Of a stretch of DNA of 64,000 nucleotides, positions 23,708 to 38,988 are shown piece after piece. This stretch comes from Tubulanus polymorphus (Eukaryota; Animalia; Nemertea). The DNA is taken from positions 1,608,416 to 1,672,415 of the forward strand of contig NC_134032.1 in the NCBI RefSeq assembly GCF_964204645.1. The letters are read 5' to 3'. The translations under genes and the position numbers were made by a program. Position 1 is the stretch's first letter. The number at the start of each line of letters is the position of its first letter. The notes under the pieces were generated by a model that worked only from the letters and a program-made list of their open reading frames with translations, had not been told where the DNA came from and ran no database searches.

Positions 23708-26700
23708 ATGGAAGATATAAAAGCAAAGGTACGCTCAACTTGTCTTAGGACGCTGCTAGCCCCCCCCCCCCCCCCCCGCCAACAAAAAAGGGCCTAAATA
23801 TGACAGACAGAAACAAAACCTAGCATACTAGCACCTTTTCCAACTCATTCCATTTATAGGTTACTGGGGTCAAAAACTTTTTGTCAGGCCCCATGTCCTC
23901 TGGCCATTTGGAAAATATAGTTCACAGACCTACCATTTTCGGTGTACGGACCTACTATCTGTTAGTCTGAATACCAGTCGTTGTTACGGTTCCCTACAAC
24001 TCTGTTTCAGGAACAACGGCTAGGTACTAATCAGACTAACTATCTGTTACCTGTAACGTATAACAAATTTTAACAACCGTTTTTGTTTTTTTTTCTGACA
24101 GGTTGAACTTCACGTCCATCTCGATGGTTCAATTCGTCCGTCCACTCTCTGGGAATTATCCAGGTATGGTGCTTGTACTTGAAATTTAAAAAACCATCAA
24201 CGCAACATCAAAACCAATTCATTGCTGATGTTTTGCCGCCCTAAACTGCTTAAAAGTCCAATTCCAAAACTTAAAACTTTGGGTTCTAAAGATTTTCTGG
24301 AAACTAAGATTTCTAGGGTTAACTTTTTAACCCAGAAAGATTTACCAGTAGCCTATCCCTAGATAGAACTGATACCCAGTCTATAAAGCCAGGTCCAGGT
24401 TAAGGATTTGACATTAGGGATAACTTTGGCACCAGAGTCAGCTTAAAGATTTACCTGTATCCCTACTAGATATGACTGATACCCAGTCTATAAAGCCAGG
24501 TCTCTGCTTATGGATTTATCCCTAGCGATAACTTTGATAACAAGTCAATGAAACCTGGCCCTTGATAGATAACCTAAAATGTGGGTTTGATCGAAAGCAG
24601 TTAGCCTTCATCAGTTTTCGGAAATATGTTAATTTCCAAAAATATTTCGTCTAGATTTGAAGAGGTTTCAGGTTTCAGAATTAATCAGCTTTATTCAGAA
24701 ATTTGTATGCTCGGCCTACTTAGTTTTGTGTTTTGTTTTTCAGACAAAAGAACATTCCACTGCCGTACACCGATGACAAAGAACTCGCCAAAGCTTGCAT
24801 CGCGCAAAAACCGTATTCGCTCGACAATTTCCTCAAATCGTTCAGACTCATTGTTCCCGCCATTTAGTAAGTATATACTGAAATTAGTGTTATGAAATAG
24901 ATTGGTATCCGATCAACTCAGATAACTGATCAACTGGGGTGTTTTTCTGAATACTTTTTGACACTGACATCCGACTCGGATATCTCAGAAGTTGGACACA
25001 TTTTAAGGTCCCAAAAAATCCGATTTGGACTAAGTCTACTGAAGTTTGTGCATGTTTGCGGCACCGTTTAGAATGCCCGTTGTATAATTCATCTTTAATC
25101 AAATTTCGCGGGTAAAATTGAAGATGGAAAATCCCGGGCTAAAAATCTGTGATATCTGATCGGTTGATACCTGTAATGACATCATCTTAGCCGCGCATGT
25201 ACGCTCAGGCTCGTGTGGCAGGGTTTCAAGATCTGACTTGAGCGAAGTCGGCTGCTTTAGTCCGATGTTACAGCTCAATATACAAAAGAGATTCAATTTA
25301 CGAGGACAAGCGTTTATCTGTTTAGTCGAGATTGAGATAACGAAATGAGATATCTGATTGGCTGATGATGACGTCATCTAAACTGCCCATGTAGCTGTGC
25401 ATCGTTTCAAGTGTGGCAGGGTTTTGTGCGGTGGCTGAGACTAGCGATGCCATCAGGTGGAGGATGCCTCGGCACCCACCCAGGCGTGTATAAGCGATTA
25501 ACCGGTTTATAGGAAACTCCTTCTTTCTTTCTCTGGGAAGAAGCAACTTACAGAAGATATGTAGACCTTGTGAGTTCAGTTAATAATTAGTTGTTTCATA
25601 TGTGTAATACAGTACTGTTGTATCTATCCGAGTCTATAGATATTTTTGTCAGTATTATATTCTTACATCGACTATTTACATTTACTGACATAACTTACGT
25701 ATCATAACTTACAACTGTTTAGTGCGCACTAAATCTCGCGTCACGTTTCAACGCACACATTTTAATGAAAACCTTTGTTGCGTCTGCCTTTCTCAGCTCT
25801 CACCCAGGGCTGCAAAGCTCAGCAGAGTTCCATCAGTAGGCTAATGAGTCGGGGATGTTGTCATATAGGAAACCCCGATTCGGACGCCCAAGATCTGCCC
25901 CAGGAATTCTCAATCTGTAAGGGTTAAGGCTAAGAAAAGTCGATACCTTGTTTCTCATTTCTAATGGGCTTAAAAGTTGACCCAGCCGACTGAGGGTTCA
26001 TATAAACCTCTCTTTAAAATGATGATCGCGCTTACAATAACCGAAACCTGGCAGCTGTAGACATGAATTGATCTAGAAATGCATTTCAATTTACAAAATG
26101 ACCCATGAGAAACAAGCTATCATTCCTAAGTCTAAGCTAGTTTCAGCATGAGATCTATCTGACCGAATAATCGGAAAGATCTTCACACCCAAAGATTCCT
26201 GACCGTATCAAAATACAGAATACCGCAGTAACAGTAAAATGATTGGTTGATGTAAATAAGTTAGTTACCTAATCGTTGGTGGTAAGCTTTTTATAATCGG
26301 ATGGGCTTATACCGACGTGTTAGGGATGACAACATTAAGGATGATGATGTGGTTTGTGAAAATATCCGATCGTGAAACTAAACCACAGACAGGATACTGA
26401 TTTATTATAAATAAATTTTTAAAAATAATAATAATAGAAAATAATAATAAATAAAACAAGAAACATTCTCATATTAACCTATAAATTATAGGTTAATATG
26501 AGAATGTTTCTTGTTTCAGCGGTGATCTGGAGGCTATAGAATAATGGAGGCCTACCTCCCTGCAGCTATGTGATTGATGAGAATGTTTCTTGTTTCAGCG
26601 TAGATCTCGACGCTATAGAATAATGTAGGCCTACCTCCCTGCAGCTATGTGATTGATGAGAATGTTTCTTGTTTCAGCAGTGATCTCGACGCTACAGAAT

Positions 26701-29700
26701 AATGTAGGCCTACCTCCCTGCAGCTATGTGATTGATGAGAATGTTTCTTGTTTCAGCAGTGATCTCGACGCTACAGAATAATGTAGGCCTACCTCCCTGC
26801 AGCTATGTGATTGATGAGAATGTTTCTTGTTTCAGAGTAGATCTGGAGGCTATAGAATAATGTCGGCCTACCTCCCTGCAGCTATGTGATTGATGAGAAT
26901 GTTTCTTGTTTCAGCGGTGATCTCGACGCTATAGAATAATGTAGGCCTACCTCCCTGCAGCTATGTGATTGATGAGAATGTTTCTTGTTTCAGCGTAGAT
27001 CTCGACGCTACAGAATAATGTAGGCCTACCTCCCTGCAGCTATGTGATTGATGAGAATGTTTCTTGTTTCAGCGGTGATCTGGACGCTATAGAATAATGT
27101 AGGCCTACCTCCCTGCAGCTATGTGATTGATGAGAATGTTTCTTGTTTCAGCGTAGATCTCGACGCTATAGAATAATGTAGGCCTACCTCCCTGCAGCTA
27201 TGTGATTGATGAGAATGTTTCTTGTTTCAGCGGTGATCTCGACGCTATTGAGCGTATCTCGTATGAATTCTGCGAGGACTGCTCCGCGCAGAATATCGCG
27301 TATTCGGAGGTGCGTTATTCGCCGCAGATTCTAACCGGTCCGATGAGGGTCAACGATATCAAGGAGAATTCCGTGACGGCGCGGGAAGTCGTCCAATCGG
27401 TGAATAGAGGTCTACAGCGCGGCTCGGCGGATTTCAACGTCATCGTACGCAGTATCCTCTGTTGTATCCGACCGTTTCCAGGTAAGAACCAGTTTCATCG
27501 TTCTGACTCCTCGAGTCCTTAAAGACTCCTAAATTGTAAATGCTTTAAAATGCGCTCGAATTTCAGTAAAATGCCCAAAGCTCCTTTAAGAAATAGGGTA
27601 TTAGAAATGCTCGTAGTTCTACAGTTGACTACGCCCAAATCGGTACAGCCAGGATTTTTTACCCAATTAGAAAGTTACTGAATAGCTAAGTAGTGTCGAG
27701 GAGAAAGATTTGCTTGAAAAAAACCATAGTGTCGAATAGGAGTAGTCTACTATAGGTTGCGATAGTGAAGGATAGTGGATTGGCTGCAATCAGCGATAAT
27801 GTTCACTTTTTCTCGGACGAATTGGGCTTCTAAATTTCCTGTTACTCAGTAAAAGTAGGCCGGCTAGTCATGGGGGACCGCGCCTGTTAGGAATCTAATG
27901 TCAAAAATACTAGGGTTTCGGTTCTGAGCGACCAGTTGATCATCCTCCCTTGGCTGGTATTCGAAACCGATGGCATCCCCTCAGCCACAAAAGGAACCCC
28001 TATTACACTAAACCTGATGAACTGATGGGATTGATCTTTCGGGTATTCCATGTGACACAATTTTCATTCGTTGTCATTCTAGGTCAAATTTTGAATGAAT
28101 TTAATTATTCTTTAGATTATTCTTTTTATTCATTTAATTAATTAATCGAATGATTGATTATTATTTCGTTGATTAGCCTGGTCGGAAGATGTCGTCGATT
28201 TATGCGCCGAGTTTAGAGATAGCGGAGTTGTCGGTATTGATCTAGCGGGTAATGAACCGACTCACGAGCACGAAACCGATCAGCGACACATCAACGCTTT
28301 TCAGGTATGTTAGAAAGAAACTTCGTCCAGAACTACATTCTGTTCAATCTTCCAAAACGGGATTAAAAGCCACTTCTTAAACTCTCATCAAAAAGTTTTC
28401 AGAAAATTCAACAAACCTTTTGCAAAATTACATCAAAACGTCTTCAAATACTGAAAGAAAAAAAAATTTTCCCAAAACAAAACGTCTTCAAACCAATGAA
28501 AGCTTTTCTAGAATAACATCAAATCAAAATGTCTTAGAAATTCTAAATTAAAACGTTTTCCATAAACTACATCTAAACATCTTCAAATACCGGTACTGAA
28601 TGTGAAGCTTTACCAAAACTACATCGATCAAAAGCATTTCCAAAACGACATCAGAACCTCTTCCAAAACTGAATCAAAGGCTTTCCCTAAGATATCTTAG
28701 AATACTAGTCATTCCTTACAGTCATTTCATGCTAGATAGATTGAGGCCCATGATCCAGAAATTTGATGAAATGAGTACTTTTTCAACTACTCAGGTCGAA
28801 AACTCATAGCTTTAACCCTTTCAGTGCTGACTAATTAATAATACCCTATAGTGCTGAAGATAATTTGAAAATTATGAAAAATTCGACCCTAGTGTGTTGA
28901 ATAACGGGAATACCACTATAGTGCGTCTACACCGCGGCGCAGTGTATCGTTAGGTACTAATATTTTACTATGTTTGACTGGTGGTGCCATTTTTCAATAG
29001 AGATGAAAACTAAAAAGTGATTACATCAATACACCGCAGTGCGGTGTACTAGCAAAATCCATCACTGATTCATACACCGCACTGCGATGTAGGCGCACTG
29101 AAATGGTTAACTCATAAATTTGAATTGCACTGAACCCGAACCACGCAAGATAGCTTCCATTTATTTATGTATCTAAACCGATCGTTCCGAATTGAAACCC
29201 GATAGTTATTTTTATTCTTGTAGAAAGCTAAAGATTTAGGTATTCACAGAACGGTGCATGCGGGTGAAAACGGACCGGCAGCTGTCGTTAAAGAGGTAAT
29301 TTAAACGTCTCCGTGACATGCGTATTATAGCCGCATGTTTAATATCCGACATTAAATACGAATTTAGATGTTGTATGTCATTAAATTGATATTTGTTATT
29401 TATATCCAGATTTAGGCCTTTGTAAAAGAGGAATTACCTATTCTGTGTATATTTTATTGTGTCGACAGTCTGGGCTCCACTAGGGGGAGTAGGCCTAGTA
29501 CCGATGAAGCGGGATCGAGCGCCAGGTTGGAATTTTAAAGTGCCTTTTTATTTCATCTCTCTGTATCAAAATTTGCCAATGTTACCGCCCGAGATACACA
29601 ATAGATATTTTTGCTAAATACATAATCTATGTTTCGTTTCTTGACTAAATGCCTCTCAGAGATGCTCAGAAAGCTCTAAAATGATAGTAAAATTTCAAAA

Positions 29701-32700
29701 AATTTGGTGATATGCCTTTCCGCGCCAAATTCTGAATATATGCCCTTTTTATTGGTGGACATGGTCACAACATGCCCCCGAATCCGCTCCTGCTGGCAGT
29801 CCGAAATCAAAGATTCAACCCAGTATCGTAGGTACCACCTCCAGTTATCGCGTTGGACCCCTGTGTTGGACCTTGCTCGGTCCGGTATTATTGGTCAGGC
29901 GGGGAGTATAAAATTTTTCGAAGCCCCGCTAGATGCAATTTTTGAGGTGTCAAAAATATTTTTAGACACAATGTGCTGAGACAATTGGTGAATTTTTAAA
30001 CCTAGCGTACATGGACATATGAACTGGAGACAATTAATTGCAAAAAAGCCTTGAATGCAATAGATAGAATCGGTGTCGATACGTTAGCTTACAACTGGCC
30101 AGCGACGACCTATTTCCAGTTCCAGCCAGTTGCCCATTTTCTACCCCCCGCTCACCCCATTTTCTTGATGTACGCGCTCCATAATCACAACACAAGACGC
30201 AACTGACTAAAACAAAGCATAATGACACTTGACCTGGGATGCCCTATTTTCTAGATAACAAATCTTAATTGCTGTCGATGTTGGACCGATGTTGGCACGA
30301 GCCATGCAATTGCTGGTTTTTTCTAGATTTTCCATGTGAGCGGGGTACTTACGCACTAGCAACTGGATATGATAAGTTGCTAGTGCGATGTGCGCTAGGC
30401 ATTACTGGACTCGTAAGTTCTTCATACCCGCGATAATATTTTCTGTTTGTATTATCTCCGTTGTAGGCTATAGAAGTCCTGCACGCCGAGAGGATTGGTC
30501 ACGGTTATCACTCGGTGGACGTCGATTCGATCTATCAACTAGTGCGAGACCGGAACGTGCACATAGAAACGTGTCCGTGTTCCAGTGTAGTGACCGGCGC
30601 CGTAACCGAGGATCTCACTAAACACCCGATTATACGGTAAGATTTCAACCGTTCCGTCTAAGCATTGGTTTACAGTAGTAGGCATCGGACCACAATTAGC
30701 TTAGTAGCTCCAAAGATGCGTAGGGCCGGACCCCAAAAAAAGTACCTAGAGTGAGGAAGAGGTCCCCCATAAATGTTGCCATAATTTCTGCAAATGGGAT
30801 AGGTAACGAATTTCGGTTATATGTATGAAATCCATTGATCCTGAGGGACAGATCGATGATGAAATAAGGGATTACCTGGACTTTTGCTTGGAGTAAGGGT
30901 ACCAAACACGGTGGGGGATTCCCTTAGATATTAGGCTCGGATATACTGGCATACCTGTACTGGGATACCCCTCCTTTCTAAAGGTTTGATTATTTCAAAA
31001 GTTAGGTTGGGTATGTGGGGCGAAAACCACTTCAATGCGTAGCTAAGATGCTGGCCTATGAGCCATAAGCAGGATTTCCCCTGAATTTACGCGCTTATAT
31101 ATGAACTAAACTCTCGAATTTCTTGTTTTTACTATAGGATATAGAAGATTTTGGAATAGTGGTCTGAGCTCAGTACACTTGGATCTGTTTAGGCCTATTC
31201 TGCTCATTCAGTTCATTTGAAGATATTTTAATCGGTATCAAACTGCGGGCTGAATCCTACTTCAGACTTTCAATATCGCCATTTTTCCACTGCTTGACAT
31301 TTGACCTTTCGATCTCACCCTAGAGATCATCCCGCTGTATATAGAACTATCGGTTATAACGAACAGATTTTCTGGTCTCCTGAAGTTCGTTCTAACGAGG
31401 TTCCGCTGTATATAGAACTATTAGTTATAATGAACAGATTTTCTGGTCTCCTGAAGTTCGTTGTAACGAGGTTCCATCGTAATATTAAAAGGATTCATGG
31501 ACCGCAATGTTTTGGTTGGCACCCCCTCGATATCTTCAGCAAGATGTTAATGCTATGTTGTAGGTTTGCTCGCGATAACGTGAACTACTCGATCAGCACC
31601 GACGATCCAATTATAACCGGCAAGAAGATCGATGATGACTATAGCGTAGTGATCAACGATATGGGTCTTACCGTCGATGAAATTATTAGAACGGTAAGAT
31701 TTGCTCGAATTTATCTACTTGAAACTAGAGTTAATCTGAAAAATAGCTTAACCCTTTCAGTGCTGACTAATCAATACCCTATAGTGCTGAAGATAATTTG
31801 AAAATTTTGAAAAATTCCACCCTAGTGTGTTGAATAACGGGAATACCACTATAGTGCGTCTACACCGCGGCGCGGTGTATCATTAGTTACTAGTATTTTA
31901 CTATGTTTGACAGGTGCTGCCATCTTTCAAGAGAGATTAAATCTAATTACTAATTACACCAACACACCGCAGTGCGGTGTACTAGTGAAATCCATCACCG
32001 ATTTATACACCGCACTGCGGTGTAGACGCACTGAAAGGGTTAAGGCAAATTTATCTTGTCAAATCAGATTTGATTTTCCTAATCATAATTTGCTAGTCAC
32101 GTGTAATCTAATCAAATAAGATTTGCACAACGGGATGAATTTGACGCCTTGTTCGAAACGGCTGACAAGAAAATACTGTCCCACTTTTTGAAATATTATT
32201 TCCTACGAATGAGTTTCAGATTTCTCTTTCAGTTTTCAGTTTTTCGAAAAAAAATTAGTGAGTCCACCATCTTCAAATCGTATCAAATCACCTCCAGGGG
32301 TGATTTGATTATTTGATAAATCGATTTGAATTTGATGCCGTGTTAAATTCAAAAATTAGACCAAATCAAATTTGATTATGCCAGGATAAAAACGATTTTA
32401 CTTAAAATCTAATTTAAACTGACGTGATAAATTCGCCTTTAGTCTTAAGATTGGTCTTGATGTTGGATTTTCCATATCACCTGGCCTTAGCAGTGTTTTC
32501 AATAAGAGCCAGGTCCCAGGTCCCAGACCCGTCTGTTGTTTGTAAAGGACCCGCCTGTTTTTTCAAAACAGCTTTCATTTCCGGGACTGTGACATATTAT
32601 GGGACCCTCCTGTTTTTTCAAAGGGACCTGGCTTGTTAATTCCTTATTGAAAACACTGCTTAGTTCCACAATACTGAGTTGAGTTCAGATCCGACTTACT

Positions 32701-33120
32701 CGTCGAAACTGAACTGATTTGACTCGGAGTTAACTCCAACTTATTCTGTGCAACTCAATGAGCGAGGCTTGTTCTCAAGACCGACCCTATTCATAGAGTT
32801 TGAGAATGTGGAAACTTGGCAGCATTTGAACTGTAAATATTTCATAGAGTTGACGATCAGGGAGCTTGGTAGGGGAACCTGTTGTAAATAATTTAGTTGA
32901 GAGTTAAGTTTTCCGAAAGAACTTTTATCAAAATTTTTAATGGAAATCAAATTTTTTCTCAACGCATTTAATTGTTATATTGTAGAATTTGAACGCCGCC
33001 CGATCGACTTTTCTACCTCAAACCGAGAAACAAGAACTGATCGAACGCCTCGAGAAATTCTACTCGACTGAGACGAACGATTTGAAAACTGCTGCGGCTG
33101 CAAATATTACCTCGACTTAG
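23708..33120 (+). CDS. ADA: Adenosine deaminase (363 aa); exons 23708-23728, 24102-24163, 24744-24866, 27231-27481, 28177-28304, 29224-29295, 30467-30636, 31564-31693, 32986-33120
   Basis: Catalytic and zinc-binding motifs KVELHVHLDGS, EVRYSP, VGIDLAGNE, HRTVHAGE, RIGHGY, ETCP and STDDP are present. All GT-AG junctions are in phase and the exons total 1092 nt. Confidence 0.95.
26500..27250 (+). repeat. 79-bp tandem repeat containing 10 copies of the ADA exon-4 acceptor
   Basis: GAGAATGTTTCTTGTTTCAG recurs every 79 bp from 26500 to 27211. Confidence 0.95.
28816..29106 (+). mobile_element. MITE family A copy
   Basis: Same TIRs, TTAA flanks and body. Confidence 0.85.
31752..32039 (+). mobile_element. 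MITE family A copy
   Basis: Same TIRs, TTAA flanks and body. Confidence 0.85.
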
Positions 33121-33520
33121 AGACAAAAACCGAGTTTCTCCTACTGTCATATCCGCGTGTCTTCAATCGGTTACATACTTTAATTACTGTCCACTTATGG
33201 CCAGTTGTTCAAAAGTTGGATAAAGTTAGATATCGCGTAGATACTGTATTCATGATGTACACTTAGGTCAAATTATCTCCAGCGCTTTGTGGCATTAATG
33301 AGTCGGCGCTGAAAGGGTTTTAAGCTGTCATCTGATAAATCTTCTCTATTTTACGTCTCAATTTCTTAAATGCAATTCAATTCACTAAGTGTGAGTCATC
33401 ATTTGGTTTAAATTGTTGACATGATGATTTTATGACTACGACGACCGACTTTTGCGAATTTCGCTGAACCGTCAGGCCCGGTTTTATAGACGGGTATTAA
33501 CTTTAACCCAGGGGCTAACT

Positions 33521-33755
33521 ACCCCTGTGAAGCTGGCTCCCGGTTCCCGGTTCCTTATTCGGCTCCCGATTCAAAATGCTTTTGAACCGGGAGCCGAAAT
33601 GGGAACCGGGAGCCGGCTACTGGTTCAGCTCCCGATTCAAAATGCTGTTGAACCGGGAACCGGGAGCCGGCTACTGGTTCAGCTCCCGATTCAAAATGCT
33701 GTTGAACCGGGAGCCGAATCGGGAACCGGGAACCGGGAGCCAGCTTCACAGGGGT
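33521..33755. mobile_element. MITE with 9-bp TSD (Mutator-like) nested in another TIR element (about 33474-33817)
   Basis: TIR ACCCCTGTGAAGCTGGCTCCCGG; GGGCTAACT duplicated at 33512-33520 and 33756-33764. Confidence 0.7.
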
Positions 33756-35029
33756 GGGCTAACTCGTGAGTTAACCACCGGGTTAAAGTCGATACCAGTC
33801 GATAAAACCGGGCCCTGGCTATCAACTTCAACCAACTCTTGAGCAACCGACCACCAGCTATACACAATCATGTACTCTTTATAAAACGCGATGTTAAATC
33901 TCGATTTCGCGTCAAACTGCCCGTTGTTGTCGAGTGTGGTTTACTCTATTGAAAAGTTGTTTTATATTTATAAGGTAATTTCTATTTTACCCTTAGGCTT
34001 ACCATACTTTTAAAGACGTTTTAAGATAATCAAATTTTTACTTAATTTTAGGGAAAAGATGCCTATGATTTTATCTCATTTCGCTCAGCGCATTGTTAAT
34101 TCATTTCTCCGTAGAAACAATATCCGATGTCCATACGCCGATTTTTTGTTTGGTAGTTTTTGTGTTCCGCTTAAAAGCAACGTGAATGGTGTCGACGTGG
34201 AACTTATGCTCAATTAATATATGATATACCAAAATGGATTGAAAAATCAGTAAATGTTTACATTCCCCTTATTTCCAGCAGTCGCGGTGCCGCCCGGCCG
34301 GTGCCCACTGTTGCTTTTTGCGTGAATTAAATTAACTCGCATGCCCAGTTCCCGTAACAAGGTTGCACGGTCAGTGGTCTCAATATCCTAAGAATTTTTA
34401 GCCTGCATAACAGTTGCCTTGGATTACCTATTTTTTTGTTCTTGCCACCAGGGGGAGTGAATATTGAATTATAAACGGTTTTTCCATTGGTAATGGTTCC
34501 TATGCATATTTTTTAACCACGATCAATTGCAAAGTCATAGCTCATGACATGTTCTATTATTGTGGTGAGTGTCAAGGTCGTTGATTTCTGTATTCGTCCA
34601 CCAGGGGGCATTGAATGGCGGAATGACATGATATTTCCACGCCTAAGATTATTTTGTTACCCAAATCAAATGTGTGGTAAGTGTAACTGTATTTGTTCAC
34701 CAGGGGGCGCTGAATATTGAAATTGTCAGATTCTCAAGCATTCCACCAAGCAGGCATGGTGTCCCTGGAACCCTAGTTAGATTTTAAAGTGATTATATGT
34801 AGTTCTAAAATCAATGTGAAATTTGATAACCTAATTAGATAAATGGTACTGCAAAAAATAGGCCTAATTAAGTGGTATATTTTTGATGCCGGTGAACGAG
34901 GTTATCTGTGACTTATATGTTACTAACTTTGTTCTGGGAATCCACGTAGGGTCAGTGAGGTACCGTATCCTATAATACGTACATGGTGGCCATTTACCTG
35001 GAAATGTCAGGGAATTTTCTTTTCTTTAA

Positions 35030-35310
35030 CCCTTTCAGTGCGTCTACACCGCAGTGCAGTGTATAAATCAGTGATTGATTTTGCTAGTACACTGCACCGC
35101 GGTGTATTCATGTAATTAGTAATTATCTCTCTTGGAAAATGGCAGCACCTGTCAAACATAGTGAAATACTAGTAACTAACGATACATCGCACCGCGGTGT
35201 AGACGCACTATAGTGGTATTCCAGTTATTCAAAACACTAGGTTGGAATTTTTCAAAAAATTCCAATTATCTCCAGCACTATAGGGTATTAATTAGTCAGC
35301 ACTGAAAGGG
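35030..35310 (-). mobile_element. MITE family A copy
   Basis: Same TIRs and body, reverse orientation. Confidence 0.85.
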
Positions 35311-35607
35311 TTTAAAAAGTCAGTGAATAGGCAGGGAATTCTGTTTAAAAAAAGAAACTTAAAATCAGGGAAATATGTTGAAATTTGTAGATCGTGCGTA
35401 AAATCAAACGTGTCTTCCGTATTTGACTGCGTTTATTGTAAGTCGAATACCGTGACCCCACCCTGTATATTTTAGTATAATTTGCTAGCTGATGGTTCAG
35501 CCACCTCTTGTGAATTATAGGGTACTTTATTAGATTAGGTTAGAGTACCCCGTAATCGCTTGGTTTCGCTGGTAGAGATCTTATAGGGTACGACACGGGC
35601 GTACCGC

Positions 35608-36728
<1,121 letters not shown>

Positions 36729-36850
36729 CTAGGTCAGTTCAAACTGCGCGCAGGGTAAAAAATACAGTCCATTCTATGTGATAATCTGTACTTGTATGAA
36801 ATTATATGCAAGTTGAATTTAGTTAAATGTCTTTCAAATGAAATTAGTTA

Positions 36851-37071
36851 GGCTAAACGAAAATGATAACTTGTTTCTCCGCAGCGGCCGGGTCATTTTA
36901 GTAAAATATGATAAAATTTGAAAAACAGTTAATTTCTATAGCGGCCGGGTCTGTTATGGTAAAATTGATCACGATTTTAAAAAAAGTAATGTATAGGGTA
37001 GATAGGCGGCCGGCCGGGTCAACATTTAAGCTCAGCAGAGCGGAGAAACAAGGTATCAATTTTTTTTAACC
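36851..37071. mobile_element. MITE family G copy
   Basis: TTA TSD; near-identical to 20702-20922. Confidence 0.8.
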
Positions 37072-38316
37072 TTAGGTTCTTGTTTTTCGATGTGTGAATG
37101 TATGTATCGGTACTATAGGCCACGCGAAAACGGGTCGATGAATGTTTCAAATTTGAATCGCCCGAATTGAACTGAAAATATCGCGTGAAAACCGGGCCGA
37201 GAATTTAGAAAACCAGTTGTTCAAAACTTGGTTAGAGAGTTTACCAGCTGGACCCGGTTCCACAGTTCAGAGTTAAAACATAGAAAATGAACTAACTTCG
37301 ACTCGTAGTTAACTCGAACTCACAGCTGTGGAAAATAACCGCAAGCATGAACCAAGCTCCCGAATCGAAATAAGGCCCGATAGAGGATGCGATTCCGCTT
37401 CTCCAGCGCCACCTATATGTGGAAATTAATCCGAATATCTATGATTCCCGAGTGAATTAACTGTTCTTAATGAAGGAGGTGTTTTAGACCATATATGGAC
37501 GAGTATCTATATAGATCGCATAATTCTGACTGTATACAGTAGGCCTTCTAATAAATGTAAAATTAAAGTTATTTTAGAAATAATCAAACATGCCTAAAAT
37601 TGTCGTGTTTTCTTAATTCTCTGCGTTTTGGTATTTTACGTACGGCTGTGTTTTTTTTATCACATGCCCGACTGCGGAAGGAGAAATTCATAAGTCCGGC
37701 CACTTCTGTCTGTTTGGAGGTACTTGCGAGCGCCCTGGGCGCCTAGCACTAGTGGGTCCTCTTTTTGAAAAAGTTTTTGAAATGTTTAAAACCGCCAGGA
37801 GATGCGTTTTAACGGCATTCTGGCGATATGAAATATGGGAAACAAATCCCCTTACATCGGGACAAAATCTACGGCAAGATGATACTAGTTTTTATGCAAC
37901 ATGTATAGTATGATTTTCGAAAATAATCACAGGGCGCCGAGGGTCCAAATAGTTCGGTTCAACCATAATTCGATGATGATACCAAGAGCCGTGAAATCGC
38001 TTTGATAATCTATAGCCGCTGTGAACCATGAATTATTGCTTGAATGAACATGACAGTAACTTATACAATGATCACAATATTCTCATAATGAGCGATATTT
38101 AATTTTGTCTAACAATGATGAATAATATTAGCCGAAATATCATCCGTCATACTTATGTTCGTAATTAGTATCGGTATATCTAAACACACAAAAACTTGGG
38201 TCGGCGAGGGTTTCATAGGTCCATATCATCTCTCATTCCCGGTCGCGATTTCCTCTCGCAACTATAGCGCCGTAATTACTTTCAAACGATTGCTCGCCTG
38301 ATACCAGTATAATTTA

Positions 38317-38536
38317 GGCTAAACAAAAATGATACCTTGTTTCTCCGCAGCGGCCGGGTCATTTTTGTAAAATATGATAAAATTTATAAACAGTTCATTT
38401 CTATAGCGGCCGGGTCTGTTATGGTAAAATTGATCACGATTTTAAAAAAAGTAATGTATAGGGTAGATAGGCGCCCGGCCGGGTCAACATTTAAGCTCAG
38501 CAGAGCGGAGAAACAAGGTATCAATTTTTTTTAGCC
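38317..38536. mobile_element. MITE family G copy
   Basis: TTA TSD; near-identical to 20702-20922. Confidence 0.8.
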
Positions 38537-38988
38537 TTATTACCATATTTTCCCGAGCGTTCCAAGACCTACATATATAATCGTTTCATCTCTTTTGAGA
38601 GTATAACTTCGAGAATAGAATTTAGATAAGTAGGCCTATATAACGTCAAAAATTGAACCATGATTGGCAAAGTTTTGGTCAGGCCAAGGCCGCCCCGGTT
38701 CCGCCAGCCATACCAGCACAAGCAGCATTAGTGAAGGGCCTGCTACCTTTCTAGAGGAATTGGTTGAAATTTCGTTCGTGTTCAAGACTCGGAATTTATT
38801 GCCTGATTTATTGAGCTACTTTCAGACAAGCGAAATTCTTGTAATTATATTCTCGATTCGAGGGCCTAATAACAAGCGATCTGATATACCGGTTTTTAAA
38901 GGACATTTTCATCGAAATGGGTTCAAGGTTTTATTAGGAGAGATCTCGACGCCGTTAATAACGAGTGTTGAGTTCGCGCGCAGCCAAT

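Noticed and set aside
28012-28045. CTGATGA motif as another hammerhead
   Set aside because: No stem II followed by GAAA downstream.
33452-33842. Repetitive EPGAE/GTGSR ORFs
   Set aside because: Translation of internal repeats of a nested MITE.
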